Source of the DNA: an uncultured Fidelibacterota bacterium
GTDB lineage: Bacteria > Fidelibacterota > Marinisomatia > Marinisomatales > UBA1611
Direction of reading: 5' to 3'
Length of the DNA: 64,000 nucleotides
Assembly: GCA_902562835.1 (NCBI GenBank)
Contig: CACEUX010000001.1
Span: forward strand, 10,568-74,567
Made by a program: the position numbers and the translations under genes
Shown: positions 8,512 through 16,809 of the stretch, in pieces
Numbering within the stretch: the stretch's first letter is position 1
How the letters are laid out: each line of letters opens with the position of its first letter
Notes under the pieces: model-generated
Seen by the model: the letters and a program-made list of their open reading frames with translations, nothing else
The model's database searches: none
Told to the model about the DNA's origin: nothing

Positions 8512-10320
8512 TTATTCGCTACTTTCTTCTTCATCTCCGCCGCTATCGCCACCTGATGACTCTTCGGGTTCGGGAGAGGGCGCTTCAGGAGCGGGTTGCT
8601 CAAGCCACTCTTTAACAATAGTAGATGTCCTTGTAGGCTGGCCAACACTCATAGAAACGACAGATTTTCGTATATCATCTATTTCACTTTTTAAAACATT
8701 TGGATCATCTTCAAGCGAATGCTGCTCGCCATCATTTTCCTCTGATGATACGATATCTTCAGAAGTAGTTTCAGCAGCGACCTCTTCTTCTTTTACTTCT
8801 GGCTTCTCTGATGGCTCCTTTGGTTTTTGTTCCTCCTCTTTCTTTTCTTCCTTCTGCTCTTGTTGAGCAGCAGGTTTTTTCTTTTTTCTTCTCTTTCTGG
8901 GCCTAGGAGGAGGATAAGGAGGATAGGGCATTGGCGGATAGGCTTGCTGTGGCCCTGACCTACGTTGTAGAACCATCATTGCAATAAGCGCAGCTATCAC
9001 GGCACCAAATGCAAATAACATAATTGTCTTAGTATCCAATCCTGAAGAAGTTTCAGCTTCGAGAGCATCTAAGTCAGCTTGGACCGCATCTAGAGCTGCA
9101 ATTTTTTCTGCTATTAACGAGTCCCTTTCTGCTTTCTCTTTTTCACGTTCTTGTAGTTCTGCTTCTATCTGAGCCTGCGCTTGATTTTGCGCTTCTAGAG
9201 AATCCTGCAACATTGCTTGGAGTAACATCTTTCTTAGGCTTTGCAATTCATTATCAAGCATTGCAAATCGAGTGGAGTCTAATGCGGTTGCTTTTGCTTT
9301 TTCTGTAGACTGGTTTACTGCTAGCATATCTTTTAAGGCATTAATTTCTGATTCCAGTTTAGAATTTCTAATCGAGTCTTTCCTGGATAGTTCTCTTTTC
9401 TCATATTCAGCAGCTTCTTGTAAACGCTTTTTATCTAGTTCTTCAAGCTGGGTCTCTAAAAGGGCAAGGTCTTCTTCTCTTCGCACAGATATCTCTTCTT
9501 TATAATTTTCAATATCTTCTCTCCAGTTTGTGGATTCAGATGCTCTTTTTTGTTCTAGAAGATCTATCTTTTCAGCAATATTCTTTAGCATTATTTGTTC
9601 TGCCGATCTTTGGTCTCTGCGCTCTTTAAAACTCGCTGTCATGATTGTTAGCTTATCACCACGGTCTCTATCAAATTTTGAAGCGGCCATTGTGAGCTGT
9701 CTAATATTTTCTATTAATTCGGGTGCTGCCCCCTCTTGAAGTATCAGAGATAGCTCCATACGCTTCACAATTGCTCGAGAAGGTCGCTTTCTTGAGAGAA
9801 CCTTGTCTACAACATCTCTATCTTCTTCAGCAGAATCTTGTGATGGACTATCCATCGGGTCCATAGTTTTTGGAGAAATTGGATTGCTTTCAGTCAAGGG
9901 CCTTGAACTAGGTGTTTTTGGACGAACCACATCTACTTCAAAACCTGGAATAGGCAATCCAATAGAAAAACTTTCCTGCTCAGTTTGATTATCTTGAACC
10001 ATTTTATTTTGAATCTTTACAAGAGCCTCTGCTGTTCTTTCTGCTGGAGAACTTTCTACCGGTTGGCTACGACCTGATTCTCGTGGTGCAAAAACTGTTA
10101 TCTGCTCATTAACCTCATCAAGGATCTCCAAGTCAACATCTACATTGATCACATACTTGTGAGAGTCGATTACTTTTGAAAGAGCCTCTTTAACTCGATC
10201 TCTGATATCATTTTCGACCATTAGTTTTTGAGAGAGATATCCGCTCGCCTGCGCAGAAAGCAAGGCTACACCAATAACCACTCCAATAATGGCTTTAATA
10301 TGTTTTTTACCCTTGTTCAT
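8512..10320 (-). CDS. FliF-like ring protein (RBM3/C-terminal part only) with long coiled coil, TM helix and FliG-binding-like tail
   Basis: ENDIRDRVKEALSKV...VINVDVDL, IVKRMELSLIL, IRQLTMAASKFDRDRGDKLTIMTASF, then a TM helix and PTRTSTIVKEWL; adjacent to fliG. Confidence 0.7.
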   Translation of the reverse strand: MNKGKKHIKAIIGVVIGVALLSAQASGYLSQKLMVENDIRDRVKEALSKVIDSHKYVINVDVDLEILDEVNEQITVFAPRESGRSQPVESSPAERTAEALVKIQNKMVQDNQTEQESFSIGLPIPGFEVDVVRPKTPSSRPLTESNPISPKTMDPMDSPSQDSAEEDRDVVDKVLSRKRPSRAIVKRMELSLILQEGAAPELIENIRQLTMAASKFDRDRGDKLTIMTASFKERRDQRSAEQIMLKNIAEKIDLLEQKRASESTNWREDIENYKEEISVRREEDLALLETQLEELDKKRLQEAAEYEKRELSRKDSIRNSKLESEINALKDMLAVNQSTEKAKATALDSTRFAMLDNELQSLRKMLLQAMLQDSLEAQNQAQAQIEAELQEREKEKAERDSLIAEKIAALDAVQADLDALEAETSSGLDTKTIMLFAFGAVIAALIAMMVLQRRSGPQQAYPPMPYPPYPPPRPRKRRKKKKPAAQQEQKEEKKEEEQKPKEPSEKPEVKEEEVAAETTSEDIVSSEENDGEQHSLEDDPNVLKSEIDDIRKSVVSMSVGQPTRTSTIVKEWLEQPAPEAPSPEPEESSGGDSGGDEEESSE

Positions 10321-10364
10321 GTGAAACTCCTTGGTATGTGTTTACACTCCGCATTGTAAAGTCT

Positions 10365-11309
10365 TTAATCATCCATATAACTTGTGGCAGAACGATCTCT
10401 AAGTTCCGCATCCTTAGCCGCCTTGCCTTTTAGGCCTTTCTTTTTACCATGGTGTGGTGGATTAATAAATGTAATCTGAATTCTTCTATTTGCTGATTTT
10501 TGCTTTTTTGTAGAGTTTAATGATAAAACTGTTGGCATAATTGTTTCATTACCTTGCTTGTCTACCCTAACTATTGGATCTTCCCATGTCAATGTTAACG
10601 GATTATACATCGGGTTTGCTTTTTTTACACTATCAATGCCCCTTGGATACCAATCGCCATATCCTGCCGCTAAAAGCCTTGGAGCTGGAACACCTTTTTC
10701 AATCATATACCTTACCACGGTTGCACCACGAGCCGCAGAAAGCTCCCAGTTACTCTTGTAGAATTTTTGCCATTTTTTTGGCATTGGGTCACTATCGGAG
10801 TGCCCAGCTACTTCAACCTGAAATGGGCTGGCTTGAATCCTTGGAATAATTTCTGTATCTAATAATTCTTCAAGCTCTTTCTTCATATCTGCCTTCCCAG
10901 ATGGAAAAGCAAAATCTCCTTTGATATTCACGATGAGACCCTTTGCACTAGTTTCAATATCAATAGGCGGGTCTCCAGCGGGATTTTCTTTTTTCATTTC
11001 TTCGATGGCTTCTTTCATCTCTTTTTTCATAGCTGCAAGATTTTTTATTGGCTCAAACTCTCCTTCTTCTTCTGCTTTCCCCTGAGCCTTTATTTTACTA
11101 CCTAATGATTTCCCCTGTGAGTTTGCCATCTCCTGCAGTTTTACAGGATCCATAGTAGATATAGCCGCTAGAAGCACAAAAAAAGCAAAGAGAAGCGTCA
11201 TCATATCAGCGAAAGTTCCAAACCATCCTGGAAGTCCTTCTTCAACAGAATTTACTCCTTCTTCAAAGCCTTTATTCCAGGCCTTCTTTTCTCCAGCTGT
11301 CATTCCCAT
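10365..11309 (-). CDS. motB: MotB/PomB-type stator subunit with OmpA-like peptidoglycan-binding domain
   Basis: WFGTFADMMTLLFAFFVLL TM with the conserved Asp; VAGHSD, SNWELSAARGATV, GYG, NRRIQI. Confidence 0.9.
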   Translation of the reverse strand: MGMTAGEKKAWNKGFEEGVNSVEEGLPGWFGTFADMMTLLFAFFVLLAAISTMDPVKLQEMANSQGKSLGSKIKAQGKAEEEGEFEPIKNLAAMKKEMKEAIEEMKKENPAGDPPIDIETSAKGLIVNIKGDFAFPSGKADMKKELEELLDTEIIPRIQASPFQVEVAGHSDSDPMPKKWQKFYKSNWELSAARGATVVRYMIEKGVPAPRLLAAGYGDWYPRGIDSVKKANPMYNPLTLTWEDPIVRVDKQGNETIMPTVLSLNSTKKQKSANRRIQITFINPPHHGKKKGLKGKAAKDAELRDRSATSYMDD

Positions 11310-11314
11310 TTAGA

Positions 11315-12100
11315 CTAATCTCGTTTCCACTCCGCAGGTGGGATAAAAGAATTTAGTTTTTCTCGTACAATAATTGGATGTTTTTTCTGGTGAATGAGAC
11401 GTGCTGCTTCCACAAGTAAGTTTGCAGACATGGAGGTCTGTGTGGTTTTATTTCCCATCTTTTGGGCCATAGGTAAGAAGAATAGGTTTGCAGCAACAGC
11501 ACCATAAAGAGTAGTTATCAACGCTGCAGCCATACCACCACCAAGGTTATCAGCACCACCCTCTCCGCCAAATCCAGCCAACATAAGGACAAGACCAATA
11601 AGGGTCCCAACCATACCCCAAGCAGGAGAGAGATCACCCATCGCTTTTAGCATATCTGTTTGAACCTTCTCACGCTTTTCGCGATATTCAATTCTTGTTT
11701 CCAAAATATCTGTTACTTCATCTAAAGAGTACCCATCTACTACCATTTGTACCCCATCTTTAAAGAAATAGGTTTTTATTGTATCAACAGATTTTTCCAA
11801 ATCAGCTGGCCCTTTTCTTGCATACTCAGCAACATCACAAGCCTCATCTACCAATGGACCCATTTTATCATCTGCTGGTTTCAGTACAGCACCAATCGCC
11901 TTACCAAGCGCAGCTACATGATACATAGGAAAAGCTACCATGACTGAAGCTATCATTCCTCCGATTACAATGCCAAAACTTGGGATAGAAACAAAATTTC
12001 CAAAGCCACCTGCTGCACCCTCAACAAATAACGCATAGGCAATACTGCCTATCATAAAGACCATTCCTAAAACAACACCTATAATGAGAGCAATATCCAT
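11315..12100 (-). CDS. motA: MotA/PomA-type stator subunit
   Basis: PSFGIVIGG, ARKGPADLE, GVQMVVDG, PAWGMVGTLIGLVLML, ALITTLYGA. Confidence 0.9.
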   Translation of the reverse strand: MDIALIIGVVLGMVFMIGSIAYALFVEGAAGGFGNFVSIPSFGIVIGGMIASVMVAFPMYHVAALGKAIGAVLKPADDKMGPLVDEACDVAEYARKGPADLEKSVDTIKTYFFKDGVQMVVDGYSLDEVTDILETRIEYREKREKVQTDMLKAMGDLSPAWGMVGTLIGLVLMLAGFGGEGGADNLGGGMAAALITTLYGAVAANLFFLPMAQKMGNKTTQTSMSANLLVEAARLIHQKKHPIIVREKLNSFIPPAEWKRD

Positions 12101-12104
12101 AAGG

Positions 12105-13520
12105 TCACTCCTCCATAATGCTTGTAGATTTTAATTTATTTTCGTTCAGAGCTTTCAGAATATTACGAACATCTGTATACTCTGGATCGAGGCGCAACGC
12201 CAGATTCCAGTTTATAGTAGCTCTCTGTACATCTCCTAATTTATAGTAGATTGACCCTCTTCTGGCATATGCTAATGCTAAATCAGGATTTAATTCTAAG
12301 GCGAGGTCTACCTCTTTTAAGGCCTCTCTATAGTCCCCAGCATAGAAGAACCTTAATGATCGAGATAAGAATCTCATCGCTTCATTCATGTTTTTTTCAG
12401 AAACATTAGTTTCCAATTTAAGGGATGTTAATGAATCAGATAAAAACTTACTATTTTGTTCCATTGCATTAAGACGAACAAGTAGGTTCCTCATTTCATT
12501 ATTCATTAGGGCCATAGAATCCCTAAGTGTTGATACTGCTACATTTGCCATAGCAACAGTGGAATCTCTATGTATTGGTATGCTATCATCAAATCTTTTA
12601 TTAATACCACCACTAGGCCCATATATATTGGTAGGACTAGAAGGTCCACTTTGAACTCGCTGCCTAGGGTCTCTAGGTACAGCCATATCAAGTCCCAAGG
12701 TAAAGCCTGGATGGCCAGACCAATAGCGATTGCCCCATTCTGGTAATTTTTCCATGTGGGTGAACCCTAGGTTCAGGCGGTAATCCGAGGTAAGGGGGAT
12801 GCGGAGTCCCACATTGACACCTGTCCCGTCGAATTCACCCACAATATCCATTCCACCCCGCCTTGCAAAGTACGGGGTTTTCATTAAAAAGCCTACAAAT
12901 ACGCCCGCATTATTTTCAGTGGAGTCAGTAATGACAGCTCCATTAGCATCTAATAATGCTGGAAGAGTATCTGCAGCAACTGGTGCTAATCCACCAGTTC
13001 CAAAACCAAAATATGTATCAAACTTATACTCGCCCAAGTCTTTTTGACTTGATAATACAACAAAGGCAGAAAGAAGAGAGGTGTTCAAGCTAAGCATTTC
13101 TTCTGAGGTCTGTTCGCTTTGGAAAACCACATCTTGAAGACCGACTGAAACAGAGATATCATTATACTTATAAACTCGCTGTTGAAAATGAAAACCAAAT
13201 TCAGCAGGAGCGTCATACTGAGACTCTTCTAGGTTACTTAACCTTGTTGTGTCTCCAGGTATAACAGCGGAAAAACCAGCACTAAACCCTTTACCAACCT
13301 CCATTTCAAAGAACGCACCTTTTGCAGTATTAAAAGGATTAAGGTTGTGATATTCAACCGATACTCCTGTTCTAAATAGATATGGGGTCTTTTTATTGCT
13401 TGATGTAGGAATGCGCATCATCAATCCTGGGCGTGTATATGCAACTCGGGTTCCTCCTATTAATAAACAAGAAAGAACCAGGGCTGAAATAATAGCAATG
13501 TGTCTGCGATTAAAATCCAT
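12105..13520 (-). CDS. Putative outer-membrane beta-barrel (YjbH-like) + coiled coil + C-terminal TPR protein
   Basis: Signal peptide, GLMMRIPT start, alternating aromatic/hydrophobic strands, heptad region, TPRs (ALELNPDLALAYARRG, ALRLDPEY). Confidence 0.55.
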   Translation of the reverse strand: MDFNRRHIAIISALVLSCLLIGGTRVAYTRPGLMMRIPTSSNKKTPYLFRTGVSVEYHNLNPFNTAKGAFFEMEVGKGFSAGFSAVIPGDTTRLSNLEESQYDAPAEFGFHFQQRVYKYNDISVSVGLQDVVFQSEQTSEEMLSLNTSLLSAFVVLSSQKDLGEYKFDTYFGFGTGGLAPVAADTLPALLDANGAVITDSTENNAGVFVGFLMKTPYFARRGGMDIVGEFDGTGVNVGLRIPLTSDYRLNLGFTHMEKLPEWGNRYWSGHPGFTLGLDMAVPRDPRQRVQSGPSSPTNIYGPSGGINKRFDDSIPIHRDSTVAMANVAVSTLRDSMALMNNEMRNLLVRLNAMEQNSKFLSDSLTSLKLETNVSEKNMNEAMRFLSRSLRFFYAGDYREALKEVDLALELNPDLALAYARRGSIYYKLGDVQRATINWNLALRLDPEYTDVRNILKALNENKLKSTSIMEE

Positions 13521-13562
13521 TAAGCGATATATAATTTTATTTTCATCTACATTAGAGAGGTA

Positions 13563-14735
13563 TTATTGATATTCTTCCCAATCTATTACATAAGAATATC
13601 CAATGAACGCTCCAAAATCCTGGGGAACATAAAGATCAAATTTACCTACGGCTCCAGGAAGAAGGCTCGCATCTGAAACAATCCCTGTGTCAAAAGTGTT
13701 ATATGAACCCTTAACAAAAGTGGTCAGAGTTTTTGTTTCACCACTCCAGTTCTTCCTAAAAACAAAGTCTACTTTTACAAAATCTGCTCTACGTCCACCT
13801 ATGTTTTTAATTTCACCATCAAATATTATGTTTCCCTGCCCATCCTTTTTTTCTGAAATATTACCAACCAAGACACAATTGCCAGAAAATTTTGCGCTAG
13901 CATTGCTTGCAGAGTTATTTGAAGATGTATATCGTGGTTGTGCTAGCTTAGGCATCGGTGGCGGAGTATAGCTTTCGCGTATCTGCTCTGGTACATACTC
14001 TTGCGTGTCTTCTGTAATGACATTATCGACAATTCGCACAACCTGCGCCCTATCGACAATTAAATATCCAACCAGGGTCTCTACTTTGAGCGATTTATCA
14101 TCCTGGTAAATAATCTTACCAAAAACAGTACTACCGTTTTTTAGAATTATTTCTTTTGAATAAATAGTAAGAGGGTTAACCCACATCTTACTTAAAGCCT
14201 TTAAATCATCCATTTCCTGAGAAAGGTGTTTGAATTCTGCAGAAAGCTTTTTTATTTCAAAGTTTAGCTCATTCAGAATGAAATCCTTACTTGGACTCCC
14301 CATTGCCTCCATGGTTTGTGGAACCGTCACTGAGATGCGCTCTGGCTGTCCGCTTGGCGCTGCCTTAACCTGAGATTCCGCAACTGGGGCACTAGGTTTT
14401 TTAGTTGAGAGCGCTATGTCTCCTATGTTTTCTTTTCCAGTTAGTGTGACAATTTTTTCTGCTGATCCCAAATTATCATGTGATGCCTGCAGCACATAAT
14501 CACCCTCTTCTAACTTTTTGAATTTAAACTTCCCATTGCCGCCCGTTTTTTCTTCATCAACAACTTCGCCCCCTGAAAGCAATGTGACTATGGCCTTTTT
14601 AACCTTCTTGCCATCTGAATCAACTATCCTTCCTGATAGGGTGAGTTTTCCTTTAGCATATAGAGTGGACCCTATAAGCGTAAGGACGACTGTAGCGAGC
14701 AGTGCTCGCTTTTGTAGGCTATTAATTAGTGTCAT
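13563..14735 (-). CDS. Secreted protein: carboxypeptidase-regulatory-like Ig domain + coiled coil + small beta-barrel + FxLYD-like domain
   Basis: SGRIVDSDGKKVKKAIVTL...TGGNGKFKFKKLEEGDYVL; IILKNGSTVFGKI; GEIKNIGG...LLPGAVGKF; GAGGT RBS. Confidence 0.55.
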   Translation of the reverse strand: MTLINSLQKRALLATVVLTLIGSTLYAKGKLTLSGRIVDSDGKKVKKAIVTLLSGGEVVDEEKTGGNGKFKFKKLEEGDYVLQASHDNLGSAEKIVTLTGKENIGDIALSTKKPSAPVAESQVKAAPSGQPERISVTVPQTMEAMGSPSKDFILNELNFEIKKLSAEFKHLSQEMDDLKALSKMWVNPLTIYSKEIILKNGSTVFGKIIYQDDKSLKVETLVGYLIVDRAQVVRIVDNVITEDTQEYVPEQIRESYTPPPMPKLAQPRYTSSNNSASNASAKFSGNCVLVGNISEKKDGQGNIIFDGEIKNIGGRRADFVKVDFVFRKNWSGETKTLTTFVKGSYNTFDTGIVSDASLLPGAVGKFDLYVPQDFGAFIGYSYVIDWEEYQ

Positions 14736-14789
14736 GTTTTACCTCGGATTATGAACACTTTTAGCAACAAAATGCGCTAAAGCTAGAGG

Positions 14790-14818
14790 ATTTTAATGCA
14801 AAATGGGCAATGTGTCAA
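14790..14818 (-). promoter_or_regulatory. Sigma70-type promoter of the motor-like operon
   Basis: On the minus strand TTGACA (14818-14813), 17 bp, TAAAAT (14795-14790). Confidence 0.65.
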
Positions 14819-14865
14819 GAATTTATAGAATGTATTGAATTTGATAGAAAACTATATAAAAGTGA

Positions 14866-15450
14866 TTATTTCCAAAAATCTTTTAGACGTTTTTCTCGTT
14901 CTAACGCTAGCGATAATTCCTCTTTAGTTTTTTGCATTATCTCTGGCCTCAATGAAAGGCCCAGGGCCTTTTCATATGATTCTATAATCAGATCAAAATC
15001 AGTATCTCCGATCTTATGATAAGAAAGACCAATATAATAATGAGCCTCCCCTAGCCGAGGTTTAAGCTGAGCGGCTTTATTATATTTTTGGATAGCATCC
15101 CAAAGCCCATTTTTATTGCCTTTTTTATAAAGAGAGTGTCCTTCTGCCAATAATAAATTGTATTGTGATAAAGTATCTCCATCAGAAAGTTTTAACGCAT
15201 GTGAAAAATGAACAATAGCTGCTTCATAGTTGTTTGTCTCCAGTTCCTTACTCCCAAGTCTATTGTGTGCAAATGCCAATGACCTTGTGATCGATGGTGA
15301 TAACCCATATATAGACAAAGAATCTTCTAAGGCAACTAGAGCAGCCGGGTTATTGTGAGCCATATTTTGATATTTATTACCGGCACAACTAAAAAAAGCC
15401 ATAGCTAATGGAAAAAGGAGTGGCAAATAACTAATTGATCTAACCCTCAA
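14866..15450 (-). CDS. TPR-repeat lipoprotein
   Basis: Lipobox-like FFSC; TPR helices (YEAAIVHFSHAL, AHYYIGLSY, SYEKAL); start uncertain, TTG at 15450 chosen to avoid a long overlap. Confidence 0.6.
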   Translation of the reverse strand: MRVRSISYLPLLFPLAMAFFSCAGNKYQNMAHNNPAALVALEDSLSIYGLSPSITRSLAFAHNRLGSKELETNNYEAAIVHFSHALKLSDGDTLSQYNLLLAEGHSLYKKGNKNGLWDAIQKYNKAAQLKPRLGEAHYYIGLSYHKIGDTDFDLIIESYEKALGLSLRPEIMQKTKEELSLALEREKRLKDFWK

Positions 15451-16387
15451 ATAAAAAAATCTCTTTATTTTCTCTAAATGACCGGTATAGCTCTTCCATT
15501 GACTCAATCACATAATAGCGGTCTTGTATGTTGCTATAATCAAAACAGGTCATCACTATCTCTTCAATATCATAAGGTAAAAATATAGACCGACCAGATT
15601 TCCCTTTTGCACATTCAACCACATTTGTTACCTCATCAAAAGAGGATATAATTCCCGCACCATATATCTCATATTGGATGTCATTGTGTACTCTTCTAAA
15701 ATTATCAGATGCTCCATTATTTTTTAACAGGCCATATTCATAGGTCCACCATGCAAAGTTTTGTAGTCGCTTGAGGTTATGAGTAACAAGATCGGAACCT
15801 AGCTTACGATGGTCTTTTATTATCTCATCTCCCAAAATACCAATTTCCCACATGAACTTTGCATACTCTTTGTTCATTAGAAATGGCACATGGGCTTGTA
15901 TATCATGGAAAATATCTGGCTCCGGAGTATAGCCTTTATTATTTTTAATATCTGCACCAGAATATTTCTCATCAAACCTAGGTGACTTCCTAATTATCTC
16001 TGTTACAGGGAATTGTCTTTTCTTATTTATCTCAAAAAACAACTCTTCATCTAAAAATCCCGCAACCGATAATAGCGTCCACCCTGTTGAGTTTTCAAGC
16101 AATGGGGATATTGCGCTAAAATCAGGGAACATATTATTAGGTATGGGAAGAGCTCTTAGGCCTAGTAGGTATTCACTGGAAGCGTATTGATCAAGAAGTA
16201 ATTCAAGATTTTGATAGAGCTCCGCCCAGATTCTATTCTCTAGGTTGTTTACAGCATCGTAGTCTTGAGGCTTAACATACTGGTCTTCAACCCCAAATAT
16301 CTTAATACCATCGATGCTGTTAGGAATCAGGTTTTGAAATAAATGGTCGTATCCTTGGGGCTTAGAAATCATATGATATTTTAACAA
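15440..16387 (-). CDS. Biopterin-dependent aromatic amino acid hydroxylase (PhhA-like, divergent)
   Basis: TGWTL, FPVTEIIR, YTPEPDIFHDIQAHVPFL, WWTYEYGL, YGAGIISSFDE: His/His/Glu iron ligands present. Confidence 0.8.
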   Translation of the reverse strand: MLKYHMISKPQGYDHLFQNLIPNSIDGIKIFGVEDQYVKPQDYDAVNNLENRIWAELYQNLELLLDQYASSEYLLGLRALPIPNNMFPDFSAISPLLENSTGWTLLSVAGFLDEELFFEINKKRQFPVTEIIRKSPRFDEKYSGADIKNNKGYTPEPDIFHDIQAHVPFLMNKEYAKFMWEIGILGDEIIKDHRKLGSDLVTHNLKRLQNFAWWTYEYGLLKNNGASDNFRRVHNDIQYEIYGAGIISSFDEVTNVVECAKGKSGRSIFLPYDIEEIVMTCFDYSNIQDRYYVIESMEELYRSFRENKEIFLFEG

Positions 16388-16414
16388 AGTTTTTCGGAAT
16401 AAAGATCATATATC

Positions 16415-16750
16415 CTACCAAAGCCATATATAGGTCACTGCCCTGTTATTGCGGCCAAAGTCTGAATCTTTAGATATGTTACAATCCGCCCTCATATCTG
16501 AGGCATTCTTATTGAAAATGTTATAGTCTTCACCATAAATAACTGCTTGAAAGCGACCGTCTTGGTCAATGCACCATTGACGGATCAGCTCTCGCAATTT
16601 CCCAGTACCATGACCTGTAATAACTTTTATAGCGCGAACTTGGCCCTCAAAGGATGTTTGGCTTATCGTCGTTTCAAGAAGAGATTGTGCATCTTCAATA
16701 CTTAGACCCGAATGGCCAATATCAAGAATTTTTAGTTTGCTACTGCTCAT
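16415..16750 (-). CDS. Stand-alone Smr/MutS2-domain protein
   Basis: LDIGHSGLSIEDA, KVITGHGTGKLR, terminal AVTYIWL. Confidence 0.75.
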   Translation of the reverse strand: MSSSKLKILDIGHSGLSIEDAQSLLETTISQTSFEGQVRAIKVITGHGTGKLRELIRQWCIDQDGRFQAVIYGEDYNIFNKNASDMRADCNISKDSDFGRNNRAVTYIWLW

Positions 16751-16809
16751 AATCTTGCAGGAAGTTACTTGGCTTTTTAATAATTTTGTAATTCAATAAA
16801 TAGGTTGTT

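Noticed and set aside
10365-12100. MotAB pair as Zorya ZorAB or as ExbBD/TolQR
   Set aside because: MotA is only 261 aa with no long ZorA tail, no zorC/D/E or tonB is nearby, the motifs are flagellar-stator type, and fliF/fliG-like genes follow.
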